DNA of 64,000 nt. It comes from Octopus sinensis (Eukaryota). The notes below the pieces were generated by a model, which had not been told where the DNA came from, ran no database searches, and saw only the letters and a list, made by a program, of their open reading frames with translations. The stretch spans positions 2,976,001-3,040,000 of the forward strand of contig NC_042998.1 of assembly GCF_006345805.1 (NCBI RefSeq), written 5' to 3'. The position numbers were made by a program, and so were the translations under genes. The first letter of the stretch is position 1. The number at the start of each line of letters is the position of its first letter. This document shows, piece by piece, positions 1 through 12,525 of this stretch.

Positions 1-1077
1 ATGTGATGGGCTTGAACCTGAAACCATGTGGTTGGGAACAAACATCTCAATCATACAGTCACATATGTGTATATAAATATATAAGAGCTAATAATTGGTA
101 TATATTTGTTGATAACATAAATTGTGTGTATGTGAGAGAGAGAGAGAGAGAGAAAAAGAGACTTGTTTTTAGTACTGTATTTTATAATTATTTAATTTAA
201 TTTCAAGGACATTTTGTAAAATTCATCAATTTATTATAATCCTGTAATTAATATTTCGTAATATAAGCACAAGGCCTGGAATTTTGTGGGGAAGGAGTTG
301 TCATTTACATCAACATCAGTGCTCGAATGGTATTTATTTTATTGACCCCGAAAGAACGAAATGCAAAGTCAACCTTGGTGGAATTTGAACTCAGAATGTA
401 AAGAGCTGGAAAAAATGCTACTAGGCAATTTTTTTCTGGTGTGCTAACGATTTTATCAGTTTGCCGCCTTTTTATTATCCACTGATTAACAGTGCTTGAA
501 AGATTAGAGTAAACACAAAATTGCTGCTGTTATTGTTGATGTCGTTGTTGTTGCTGCTGCTTAGCACCCATGGAGGATCCCAAAGGTCAAATACTTCCCA
601 GCCATATCTATTCCACACCAGCACCCTACAGCCAAAATGTACCTAGGATTATATTAGCCAGTGTAGCCTTCCCAACATAAGACAGCAGAATGCAATTCAA
701 AGAGTGTTTGACTGCTATTGCTAGCAAGTTAGTATGTCCCCTTGCATGTTTTTCATTTGGAAATCCATCTGTTTCTTCTCTTTGACTTTACTGAATTATC
801 CTACGAGTTCTTCATTTTATCAGTTTTAACCATACGAAATGAGGGCACGGTGGTCATTGTGCTAGGCTCCTGGTGAACTTGCTGTGTCTGTATGTGTGAT
901 CTCCAATCCCGCCCATGCTCTCTTATGATAATCTATTAAGGTAACCCACGTGTGGCTGAGTGATTAGAGATATTAACAGCATGCGGTTACAGTGTCTAAT
1001 CACACTGGAAAATGAACGATATAATTTAACGGATTGTTTTTAAATGCACTACTGAAAAAATAATCAAATTTGCCTGC

Positions 1078-1110
<33 letters not shown>

Positions 1111-1159
1111 CATATATTCATACATATTTACATACATACACACACATACATTCATATGA

Positions 1160-1191
<32 letters not shown>

Positions 1192-2789
1192 AAATGAATA
1201 TGTATATATTTACATATGCGTGTATGCACACACATGCACACACACACACACAACTGTCTAAAACATAACATCAAAACGAAACTAGGCTGACTATTCAAAA
1301 TACAATAGGAATTATGCCTCTTACAATTAAATATCTTTAATGATACACAATTAAAATGATTAAATTTGTAATGCAAGTTTTCTTCCCCCAAACTACAAGA
1401 AAGATCATGATGTACAGGTAAGCAGAAATGAATGCTTACAGGTATGTGGAAAAAAGTGACAATCCTAATAACTTGTGTCTCATTTATGTGCATGTGCACA
1501 CACACACACACACACACACACACACCAGCAAGCAGAAAGACCAGAAATGTAGGTAATCAGACAGAAAGTATATTTTAGGACAAGTAATATAAAATATAAT
1601 TATATACTTTTAGAAGATTAAAATATATACATTTTTCTTTTTTTTTTTTAAATAAAATTATTAATTATATCAAGAAACTCACATTGTAGCCACATGGTTT
1701 GGGATTTAGTCCTACTGTGTGGCACCTGGGAGTCCTACTGTGTGGCACCTGGGTACAGGGTCTTCTGCTATGGCCCCGGGCTGACAATGCCTTGTGCGTG
1801 AATTTGGTGAATGGCAACTATGTGGAAGCCTCTAAGTGTGTGTGTGTGTGTGTGCGTGTGTGTGTGCATGTGTGTGTGTGTGCGCACACGCGCGCACACA
1901 TGTATGTGCATGTTTGTCCCTTTCACACTATTTGACAACCAATGTTAGTTTGCTTATATCCCTCTTATATTAATTAGCAGTTTTGACAAAAGGGACAGAT
2001 AGAATAAGTACCAGATATTTTAAAAACAAGAAAAAAGAAAAAAAAAGTACAAGGGACATTTTTTTTTTACTGAAGGTATTAAAGGCAGTGCCCCAGCATG
2101 GCCACAGTCCAATGATTGAAACAAGTAAAAAATAAAGAGAGAAGAGAGAAAAGAGATCAATACCTGTAATTTTTTCTCTTTCCATGACAGTTTTTGCTTT
2201 ATTAAAAAACTAGTGCCATAGTAGTTTCCAACAGTAAGCATATGTCAGGTAAAAATATATCGTTTAGATACATCAAACATGTAAAATGAATTTAATTATG
2301 TTCAGAATATCCGAAAGACAGGTGGAGTTAATGCTCAGTATATACAACTTCCTTATAGCACTTGTATAGTTTTCCACATAAACAGAACACAATAGTGCAC
2401 AGGTAAAAATCCGTGGCAAATTGTTTTCAAAAAGAGGCAGAAAGGTAAAAATACAGGTAAAAACATAACACCTGACAGTGTATGGTTTGTTTCATTCTGC
2501 AAGCCAGCCATGTTTCAGTTTACACAGACAATACTTAGAACAGGTTGTAAAAATAACCAGCTCATAAACAACAACCACAACAACAAAAGCAACACAACAC
2601 CATGTAAAATCAGGGAAGACTGCAAGTAAAGACAATCATCATATGTGTGTGCACATGTGTGTATGTGAGAGAGAGAGAGAGGGAGAGAGGGAGAGTTGGC
2701 TGGCTGGTTGGATAGTTGGAAGGCTCTATATGTAAGTATATAAAAACATTTCCATGTATGTATATCTGAAGAGAAGAGAGTGCACATAT

Positions 2790-2809
2790 ACAGAAAAACA
2801 TACAATATA

Positions 2810-2843
<34 letters not shown>

Positions 2844-2846
2844 TTT

Positions 2847-2884
<38 letters not shown>

Positions 2885-3146
2885 CATATAAATAACATAT
2901 AAGTGTGTGTGTGTGTATGAATGTGGGTGGCTGTGTTTATGTATGTGGGTGGGGTGGATGGGTGTGTTAGAGTGTGTGGTGTGTGTGTGTGTGTGTGTAA
3001 AATCAACGGCTACCACAGAATAATGTACCATGATCTTACAGGGAACACACATTATTCACACATCCAAACAAAGGACTAAAGAAGTAAGAAAAATTTTTTT
3101 TGTTTTGCTAAAGAACATTTATTAATGCATTTGTAAATACACACAC

Positions 3147-3197
<51 letters not shown>

Positions 3198-3233
3198 TGC
3201 ATATATATGATGATGATGATGATACACACAGAC

Positions 3234-3277
<44 letters not shown>

Positions 3278-3369
3278 CACACACATGTATATATATATAT
3301 ACACACACACACACATGTATATATATACACACACACACATACATGTATATATATATACACACACATATG

Positions 3370-3417
<48 letters not shown>
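2790..3417. repeat. Compound (TA)n/(CA)n/(TG)n/(GAT)n microsatellite tract
   Basis: Directly visible. It is the source of the YIYI/CVCV/THTH pseudo-ORFs. Confidence 0.95.
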
Positions 3418-5556
3418 AGAAAGGAAGGGAGTAAATTATTCAATGCCAGCCAAAATAACCCAGACAGCTACTATGTTAATTGTTTTTTAAAATGTAAACC
3501 GATTACACCTAAGAAGCTTAGAAGCATTTCTCACCTCCCCCTCTGGAGCAACCCATCCTTGCTTCTCTTTTTTGCTTTTGTTTCGTTTTAATTTTGTGCA
3601 CAAGTGTGTGAGTGTTGCATGCAAGTACGCATGTATGAAATATATGCATCTGAAACACACACACACACACACATTGTGCAGCTCACAATAGTGTTTATGT
3701 GTGTTATGTGTATGTGTGCATTGAAAATAGAGAGGTATGAGAGAGCCATAGGTGAGAGTCAGTTGATATAAATTAGCTGTCCGTTCTTTATGTGATTCAT
3801 AAAAGGCAACAGAGTGGAGAGAATATATCAAAAAAGAAATAGGTGAAACGGTATAAGGTCAGTAAAAACAAGACTAATTTTGGTTCCTGGTGAAATCTAA
3901 AAGTGGAAACTTCAATTCAGCAAACCGGTTAAGTTTTTCAATAATATTAGATCATTTGTGGGTATATTTAAATTAGGAACTCAAGTTGAATATATAACTT
4001 ACTTAATTCAGTTAATATAAACTCTAAAGATATGGTGTGTGAGAGAGAGAGACCTTTATAAGCAACAGGTTTGATATTTAGCATTAATAAGAGAGTGGGG
4101 GTAGCAATGGTGGTGGTGGGAGAGAGAGAGAGAGAGAGAGAGAGAAGGGGGGGTGATCCATGCTGAGAAACTGATAGAAAAAGACAAATTAGTTTCAAAA
4201 ACTTTGTATATGTGTTGGCTGCTCTGTTCCTTAATAAAAGTAGAACTCTTCTTTTCAATGTAAACTAAAGAGACAAAGGGATGGCAAAAGCAGCTGTCTT
4301 TGCTTAAAGAAAGAAATATTGACGAAAGAAAATAGGAAATGAAGAGAATAATTTTAGTAACGTAGGATCAGGCCTTAAGGATAAAGTGGATCAAGGAACA
4401 TAAAGCAGGACAGTAGAATGTGTGACAATAGAGAAGAGAATGTAGCTGATGCTACATCAGAATGCTCACAGTAAGCTCAAAAGGAATACTAAAAGTTTAG
4501 ACAGGACAAAATTGTTGCAGTAATTCACCAGAATTTTCAGAAGAGGTTTTGTTTTACAGACACAAGAAAGAGTTAAGACTATTTTGTAGGAAAAGAAATG
4601 AAAGTCCTTGAAAATAATTGAGGCTGTTATGTAACTTTCCCACACAAACCAACAGGAGAAGACGGTACCACAAGCCAGATAAGAAAATACCTTGTTACAT
4701 ACGCCTACATAGTAGAGGAGCATGGCTTAGTGGTTGGGCTGCTGGACTCATGGTCCTGAGATCGTGGTTTTGATCCCTGGACTGGACAATGCTTTGTGTT
4801 CTTGAGCAAAACACTTCATTTCACATTGCACCTGTGATAGACTCGTGTCCCGTCCAAGGAGGGATATATACACCAGAGAAACTAGGAAACCATCGCTATG
4901 CTCCTTACTAATGTGGACTAACCCAGACTCTTGCATAATCAATAACTGGCACTATAACCAATATGCCATTCAATTCACTTTGTACACACTTCTTCTTCTT
5001 CTCCAATTCCTTTAACTCCATGTGGAGCAAAAGGAGCCAACAAGAGATTTCCATCATTCAACAAAAATCCTTCGAGGCAGTGCCCCAGGATGGTTGCAAT
5101 GTAATGACTGGAACAAGTAAAAGATAAAAGGCCTACAAGTCATTAATTCAACACAACTTAATCAGTACATACCGTACAGAACCCTCAATAAAACCAATAC
5201 ACAAATCGTACGCCACATGTGAAACACAAACAACCATCCAGCAAAACAATGTAACTCACATTATACAAATTTTATCCAATAAATGAGAGGCTAAAATAAC
5301 ACCTGCAACATGTGGTCTGGTGGTGAGTAGCCTGAGTTCAATCCCTGGCACGGCAATGCATGTGTAATTTCTTTGTATATACAGGTGTTAACAGCATGGT
5401 TATGAAACTTGCTTCCCAGCAACATGGTTTCAGGTTCAGTCCTACTGCATGGCATCTTAAGTATCTTGTACTATAGCCCCCAAGGTGATCAAAGCCTTGT
5501 GAATGGATTTGGTAGATAGAAACTAAAAGAAATTTGTTGTGTGTGTGTGTGGTGGG

Positions 5557-5600
<44 letters not shown>

Positions 5601-6444
5601 TTGTCTTGATATTGTGCGATTGTTGTAAATGAATGTCATTCATTACCAGTACTCTGGGGGGAGGGGCATCTGGCCAGAGGGAAATATTACCTTGCTTGGA
5701 AACAGGTAAGGGTTGGCAACAGGAAGAGCATCAGGCCATAGAAAATCTGCTTCAGTAAACTAACACATGAAAGCATGGAAAAGTGGATGTTAAAAATAAA
5801 AAGATGAAGATGAAGATGAAACAAAACAAAACAAAAAAAATCTCACAAAAAAGCAAAAAGGACAAAGCTCACATACCTCAAGAACACAGAATTGTACCAG
5901 GTAGAAACAGTAGAAACTCGTAAAATTGTTGAAAACATGATGATAGATAGTAATGGTAGTGGTGCTGATGATGATGATGGTGGTGCAATAACAAATAATG
6001 AGCAGAATAAATGGATGTATTTGAAACTACATAGATTTTTCACAGTAAATAATAATTAGACGAGGCAAGGATGGTAAGACCATAATACCTCGAAACATAA
6101 AAACAAATCCAAAGTAATCAGAACTAATTTATCATATTCATAAATAAGTTTTTTTTAACAACAAAAAACGGAGGGGGGCTACTCTAGAGCAACGTTTCTC
6201 AACCAGGGTTCCCTGGACCCCTTTGGTCCCATGAGAAAGAGTGAGATAAGCTAATGCTAATTTCATGATTGTAATATTATTATAGATGAATAACATATTA
6301 ATGGTTATTTTAACATTGTAATATAGACATCATCCTATCTAACCTATTATGTTACCAAAAAAATATAACAACTATTGGGATATATTTAGTGATGTCTGTA
6401 ATCTATGGATACTTTATATATATATATATATATAGATATATATA

Positions 6445-6482
<38 letters not shown>

Positions 6483-6800
6483 TATATATATTAGGGAGTA
6501 TAACTCCAAACTTACAGGGGAAAATTCAGTTTAGTATTAAATCAAATTTCACAATACAAATATATAATATATATAAAAATTGGATTGAACTTAACTTTAA
6601 TTGTAATTCGAATTGAAGTTATAGCCACAAAACGTACGTAGTCTTTTTACTTATTATAAAATATTTATTCATTTTTTTGGTAATTTTTGTGATCTAGATA
6701 TATGTTTAATAATATATTTTATTTTTTCTATATGATATGGTTTATGTCTATCATTGTTTGAATTACATAATAGTGGCTTTTCTCAAATTTTTGTTTATAT

Positions 6801-6842
<42 letters not shown>

Positions 6843-6846
<4 letters not shown>

Positions 6847-6997
6847 TTCTTTCCTCTCTTCCTTCTTTATGTTTCCGACGAAGAGCTCCGCTCGAAACGT
6901 CATACCTCCCTGCTTCCATTTCCTGAGCGCCTATTAATAATAATACTGTAATTGTTCCATAGTTGTTGTTTTTTTGTTTCCCGTTTGGATTAAAATT
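6843..6997 (+). mobile_element. Short (TA)n-embedded element with hammerhead-like motif (6871-6905)
   Basis: gttt-CCGACGA-a-GAGC-tcc-GCTC-GAAA-C-GTC-atac. Homologous to the copies at 8625-8822 and 48925-49105. Confidence 0.55.
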
Positions 6998-7016
6998 ATA
7001 TATATATATATATGAT

Positions 7017-7198
7017 AGATCGCTAGCCACTACACATTCTTTATTTTCTCTCCTTGTTTCTTTCTGTGTTCCCTTCTGTGGAAGAGCGTAGGCTCGAAAC
7101 ATTAAAGACTTGTTCACTTCTCAAGCATTATACTAATACATCTGTTTATATTCTACACCACCTGTCTTCGCCTTTTGATTTTTTGTGAATTCTCCCTA
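7017..7198 (+). mobile_element. Related (TA)n-embedded element with degenerate hammerhead-like motif (7076-7103)
   Basis: CTGTGGA-a-GAGC-gtag-GCTC-GAAA-C-ATT. Same stem II with a different loop. Head-to-tail with the previous copy; the two GAAA motifs are 202 nt apart. Confidence 0.5.
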
Positions 7199-7234
7199 TA
7201 TATATATGTATATATATGTATATATGTATATATG

Positions 7235-7274
<40 letters not shown>

Positions 7275-7898
7275 TATACACACACACACACATATACATA
7301 TGATATTTACTACGTGAACTATGATGAAAAAAATATGAGAAAGATATGGTATATAATTTGTTTTTTGTGCAGGGGTTTCTTGAGAATGTAATTTATTTTA
7401 AGGGTTACACAAGGGTAAAAAGGTAGAGAAACACTGCCCTAGAGAATGTCCAAGAACCCTCCCCCCAATTGAAACTGGTTGAAACGGCCTAAAATTTAGA
7501 AGGAGGGGGGGAGGGGGCTAGTTGATGACATTGGCTAAACTGGTACTTATTTTATTAACTCCAAAAGGATGAATGGCAACGTTGACTTTGGTGGAATAAG
7601 AACTGAGAATTTAGAATTGAAAAAAATGCCACTAAGTATGCTGTCCAGTGCAGTAATGGATCTTGCAATTTGCTACCTAATACATTTAATTAATATATTT
7701 GTGAAAGCATGTGGCCTAATGTGCACTCCTGATTGGAAGATTGTGGTTTCAATTCCTGAACCGTGCAGGTCCATTTCACAATGTTCCAGTCCATTCAGCT
7801 GAAAAAAAAAAGAGTTGCAGCAATAACCGGGGAGTTGATCCTGCAATGGACCAGCATCCTATGCAGGAGGGGGGTGTTGTGCTCTCTTACTTATTTAA

Positions 7899-8119
7899 CC
7901 CTTTCGTTACCATATTTCTGTTGAGATGCTCTGTGTTTCTTTCAATTATTTTAAATATAACAAAGAATTTAGTAAAATAACTTAGTTATCATTAAGCTAG
8001 TGTTAGGAATATAAATTGCAACTAAGGTTTGGTGGTATATTTTGATGCAAAACTTATGAAAACAAGACATTTGTACTACAGAGCCAGAGCCGGTTTTGGC
8101 CGAGTTAGTAACGAAAGGG
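7899..8119. mobile_element. piggyBac-like MITE, family A
   Basis: TTAA TSDs at 7895-98 and 8120-23. Perfect 12-bp TIR ccctttcgttac / gtaacgaaaggg. Confidence 0.75.
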
Positions 8120-8624
8120 TTAAAAGTGTAGTGTTTGTACCTACAACTTTGACAAAAGTCAGTGAGGGAGTTCAAGCCAACGCAAGAGCTTCTATACACC
8201 TGTAATTAACATAGCATAGTCAACTTACTCATCAAAAGAAATATAGTATTTTACCTTTTGTTTAGTTAGTGATATAGTTTAAAGTATGCTTATTTGGTAA
8301 ATTTAAGATTAACCAAGAGTAAAGGCAGTAATCAATACTAGTAATTAAGGTTTGTTCAGTACTAGTTAATAACTAATGTTTATCAGCTTAGCCAACTTTC
8401 TGTTACACAACACTCATGTTACATTAAATTAAAAGTGACATTTAATCACAAAGGAAGAGGGATTTTTTTCAGCTGAATATCTTTCCAAGTAAGACGCAAT
8501 TCATGCAGTTAAAAATTGCTTAAATATACCACTAGAAATATGTAATTTTGTAGATCCAGTCAGACATATTGAATTTTAAAATCAAAAGAATGAGAGACTG
8601 TTTTAAGCAATGTAACTACACATG

Positions 8625-8822
8625 TGCTGTTGGTGATTTTTTTTCTTTCTATTTGGACTTTCCCCTTTTCTTTTTTTTCCTTTCCAACAAAGAGCCGTGA
8701 TCGAAACGTCAAAAACTCTCTTTTTTTTTACCAAGCGTCAAAGTAATACATTCTATGTGCACATCCTCTTGTTGTTTGTTATTGTCATTTTTAATGTTTG
8801 TCTATTTGACTGGATTATATAT
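8625..8822 (+). mobile_element. Decayed copy of the hammerhead-like element
   Basis: ttt-CCAACAA-a-GAGC-cgt-GATC-GAAA-C-GTC-aaa at 8681-8713. CCAACAA is the CpG-decayed form of CCGACGA. The 3' part matches the 6843 copy and ends in (TA)n. Confidence 0.5.
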
Positions 8823-8984
8823 ATATATATATGGTGCTGACATGACTGAGTGGTTAAGAGGCATGCTTTCCAACCACACGGTTTCAGGTTCAGTCCCACT
8901 GTACAGCACCTTTGGCAAGAATCTTCTATTCAAGTCCAAAGCTGACTAATGTCTAGTGAGTGAATTTGATAGACAGAAACTCTC

Positions 8985-9020
<36 letters not shown>

Positions 9021-9696
9021 GTGTGTGTGTGTGTGTGTTGTGTGTGTGCATATGTCTCTCTCAATCCCACTACTTAATAACCGGTGTTCATTAGTTTATA
9101 TCCTGTAACTTAGTGGTTCAGCAAATGAGACCAACAGAATAAGCACCTGTCCAACAACTGAAACAAGTAAAAGATATATAAAAAAAACTCAACAAAACAC
9201 AAACTAAAAGATACCGATTCACCCATTCACAAATTTATCTGATATACTCTGCTCGGAAGAATTGTAATTCCTAAAATACTTTCTGTACCAGGCCATAACA
9301 TTGAACTTTGAATTTGGTTTATAGCTTTAGAGTCAAATCCTAACACAGTTGACCTTGGTTTCCAGAAGAGTCAATACAGTTAACCTCTGAATCAGGGAGA
9401 CTATCCTAATTAATAAGCCGAAACCAGCATTAAACAACAGGCAAGAACTACAAGAAGCAGACTGGCTGATGGAACAACACCAGTCTGCATGTCACTACCC
9501 TTTAGCACACATCTGAGCAACAATGATAGATTTATTCCATCTTCCATTCCACCACATCTCCTTCATGAATGGGTCTTAAATGCAGAATCTGTCTTGTGAG
9601 TCTTTTCTGTGACAATTGTAAATAATGCAAGTGTATTGGTGAAATATATAAAATTATTTATCTGTGTTTATATTGATATACAAAACTTCATCATTT

Positions 9697-10086
9697 ATTC
9701 TTTTGCTCTCTTTTACTTGTTTCAGTCATTTGACTGTAGCCATGCTGGAGCATCGCTTTTAGTCAAGTAAATCGGCCCCAGGTCTTATTCTTTGGAAGCC
9801 TAGTACTTATTCTATCGGTGTCTTTCGCCGAACCGCTAAGTTACGGGGACATAAACACACCAACATCGGTTGTCAAGCGATGTTGGTGGTGGGGAAACAC
9901 AGACACACAAATACACACATACACACATATATACAACGGGCTTCTTTCAGTTTCCATCTACTAAATCCACTCACAAGGCTTTGTTTGGCCCGAGGCTATA
10001 GTAGAAGACACTTGCCCAAGCTGTGTGGGACTGAACCCGGAACCATGTGGTTGGTAAGCAAGCTACTTACCACACAGCCACTACTG
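9697..10086 (-). mobile_element. Bipartite tRNA-derived SINE, family S1 (near full length)
   Basis: Head ggctgtgtggtaagtagcttgc...ggttccgggttcagtccc (A and B boxes), internal (CA)/(TA) microsatellite, and a gaaacaagtaaaagag-type 3' tail. Confidence 0.8.
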
Positions 10087-10276
10087 GTTGGGCATGATTT
10101 GAGTGAGATTTGGCTGCTGCTTCAAGCAGGTCAAGTTACAACAAAGAAGCTCCAAGGAAATTCATCAACATTTACAGCAAGATAACAATGCTGGTGAAAT
10201 AATTTGCTATGAGAACAATTTTCATGAAACTATAACAATGGCACTGATTGCATAGATTATGAAGTCTAGAATTTAA

Positions 10277-10495
10277 CCCTTTCATTACCAACCCGGCCAA
10301 AACCACCTCTGGCTCTATAGTACAAATGTCTTGTTTTCTTAAGTTTTGAATTAAAGTCTTCCACCAAACCTTAGTCACAATTTATGCTTCTAACACAAGC
10401 TTAATGATAACTAAGTTATTTTACTAAATTCTTTGTAATATTTAAAATTATTGAAAGAAACACAGCATCTCAAAATAAATACAGTACTGAAAGGG
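10277..10495. mobile_element. piggyBac-like MITE, family A (inverted relative to 7899)
   Basis: TTAA-ccctttcattac ... aaagggTTAA. The body is homologous to the 7899 copy. Confidence 0.7.
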
Positions 10496-11196
10496 TTAAC
10501 AGAAGAAAAGATTTTAAACACTACATATAATCCATACAAGCAGACTCTATTAAACAAAGCTGATGACAGAGAAGGTAAATATGATTACGATGACGATAGT
10601 GATGGCTACATTGGTGATGATAGTGAAAATGTTAACTGAGTTTAATTCCTTTCAGGGTTGCTAACTAATAATTCATCACATAAATAACAGATATTTTATG
10701 TCACTCAGTAATGGCGAAATTCTGTGAACATCCTTAAAAAAAAACTGATGAATTACTAATTTGGTTTATTCAAATTTAATTGTAGTTCCTGGCTTTCATA
10801 ATGGAGAGTAAGTATTGTGGTAAAGAATGAGAGCCAACACGCCCAAACAGGTCACAAGCACATGAGCATGTTTAGGCAACTTATCAAGTTTTGAACATGT
10901 ATTGTCTTTGTAAGGCAGATATTATGAACAAAATAAAAAAAACATGTCAAAAGAAGAAGTGCACTGAATAACCAGAAATACACTGAATTGGTTAAATAGA
11001 AACAAACAAAATTACAACAAAAACATAAATTTTAACTATAGACTAATACATACTCTTTCAGGTTTAATATTAACATACTATTTCCTGCAAATAAAGGCAA
11101 GTAACTGTGTGTATATGTACACATATCATTGTGTACCTATATTATGTAACTATTATCCATGTCACTACTTAATAACAAAGTACTGCATATTTTTAA

Positions 11197-11258
11197 CTAA
11201 ATGTTTCTGGAAATATTTTCAAGTGCTACTGTTTCATCAGTGCCCTGCCAATGTAGAC
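11197..11258 (-). pseudogene. Candidate second exon (G)LHWQGTDETVALENISRNI*; the spliced product resembles kinase subdomains I-II
   Basis: Acceptor ttactctcttaacag|GT is phase-compatible with the 14089 donor. The joined peptide GDGSQAKVGLGLHWQGTDETVAL matches the GxGxxAKVxLxxHxxTxxxVAxK pattern. The catalytic Lys reads as Glu, and removing 1 nt at 11220-11222 gives VALKIF. A stop follows in either frame. Confidence 0.3.
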
Positions 11259-11406
11259 CTGTTAAGAGAGTAACAGAATTCAGTAGTTATGCATATTAAC
11301 ATGAAATAAAACCAAGGTCTGAGGAAACTATGGTCTGTGTTAGTAAAACTTATGTACTAACTGTGTTAGTAAAACTTATGTTTGTAAATTTGGATAAGTT
11401 CATTAA

Positions 11407-11626
11407 CCCTTTCATTACCAACCCACCTGAAACTGCTTCTGGTTGTGATACAAATGTCTTGTTTTCTTAAGTTTTGAATTAAAATCTTCCACCAAACCTT
11501 AGTCACAATTTATGTTCCTAACACAAGCTTATTGATAACTAAGTTATTTTACTAAATTCTTTGTTATATTTAAAATTAATTGAAAGAAACACAGAGCATC
11601 ACAACAGAAATACGGTAACAAAAGGG
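11407..11626. mobile_element. piggyBac-like MITE, family A
   Basis: TTAA TSDs and ccct/aggg termini. Highly similar to 10277-10495. Confidence 0.7.
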
Positions 11627-11630
11627 TTAA

Positions 11631-11963
11631 GACCCCCTTCGGTCAGACACTGACCATGGGTTTGCACCTAGAGAGTTACCCTCTGAGGCACAAGTCCGGG
11701 CAAGGTTGTTTATGGAAGACCAGCAGTCGCCCATGCATACCGGCCTCCCCTCTCCACGTCACCAATGTCGTCCAAGGGAAAAGCAAAGGCCAATACAGCT
11801 TGGCACCTGTGACGTCGCAACTCATTTCTACAGCTGAGTGAACTGGAGCAACATGAAATAAAGTGTCTTGCTCAAGAACACAACACGCAGCCCGGTCCGG
11901 GATTCGAGCTCACAACCTCACGATTGTAAGCTCGACGCTCTAACCACTGAGCCACGCGCCTTC
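11631..11963 (-). mobile_element. tRNA-derived SINE with CORE-like domain, family S3 (young full-length copy)
   Basis: A box tggctcagtgg, B box gctcgaatccc, then cttgagcaagacactttatttcatgttgctccagttcactcagctgtagaaatgag. Flanking 13-bp direct repeat acaaaagggttaa (11618-30 / 11964-76). Confidence 0.85.
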
Positions 11964-11976
11964 ACAAAAGGGTTAA

Positions 11977-12525
11977 TCCTTTAGTATTTAAACAGCCCAT
12001 TTCCAGCCAAAATATACTGTTTTATGTTGAAATGGGCCAGATCTCACCTGTCACACCTAACCTACAGTGTCATTCTAAAAACAAACAATAGTATCATCAA
12101 AAATCCTAAAGCTATGACATGATACATAGTGTGAAGTAGCATGGCTCAGTGGTTAGAGCATTGGGCTCACAATCATGAGGTTATGAGTTCAATTTCTGGA
12201 CCAGGCTGTGAGTTGTGTTCTTGAGCAAGACACTTTATTTCACGTTGCTCCAGTTCACTCAGCTGTAGAAATGAGTTGTGATGTTACTGGTACCAAGCTG
12301 TATCAGCCCCTTTGCCTTTCCTTGGATAACACTGGTGGCATGGAGAGGGGAGACTGGTAAGCATAGTGACTGTTGGTCCTCCATAAACAACCTTGCTCGA
12401 ACTTGTGCCTCGGAGGGTAACTTTCTAGGTGCAATCCCATGGTCAATACATAATTAATTCAAAACTATGTTTAATAAAATAAGCATTACATATGACAGAG
12501 TAATATGAATGCTAATGGGGCTGAG
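11977..12525. mobile_element. piggyBac-like MITE, family B, interrupted by a SINE
   Basis: Starts at TTAA 11973-76. The body matches the 55592 and 60062 copies and is split at an atacata duplication (12122-28 / 12446-52). Confidence 0.55.
12129..12445 (+). mobile_element. Family S3 SINE, older full-length copy
   Basis: Colinear with the reverse complement of 11631-11963, with a 7-bp TSD atacata. Other S3-like copies at about 4715-4935(+), 7700-7880(+), 21955-22228(-), 34500-34806(-) and 63140-63378(-). Confidence 0.8.

Larger units (their letters stand above)
6190..7436. mobile_element. Non-autonomous hAT (Charlie-like) DNA transposon containing the nested hammerhead-like elements
   Basis: TIRs caacgtttctcaacc / ggtagagaaacactg. 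8-bp TSD ctctagag (6182-89) / ccctagag (7437-44), close to the NTCTAGAN target preference. Confidence 0.65.

Noticed and set aside
2515-3591. Many overlapping ORFs (YIYI/CVCV/THTH)
   Set aside because: They are translations of dinucleotide microsatellites. The same applies to similar ORFs throughout the window.
10820-10900. SKLDKLPKHAHVL as a third kinase exon (alphaC-beta4 loop)
   Set aside because: It needs a poor upstream donor (A|gttaaa), has no alphaC Glu at the right spacing, and has no downstream donor.
11880-11963. Possible tRNA gene
   Set aside because: The A/B-box head continues into a SINE body with flanking direct repeats and multiple paralogues, and has no proper acceptor stem.
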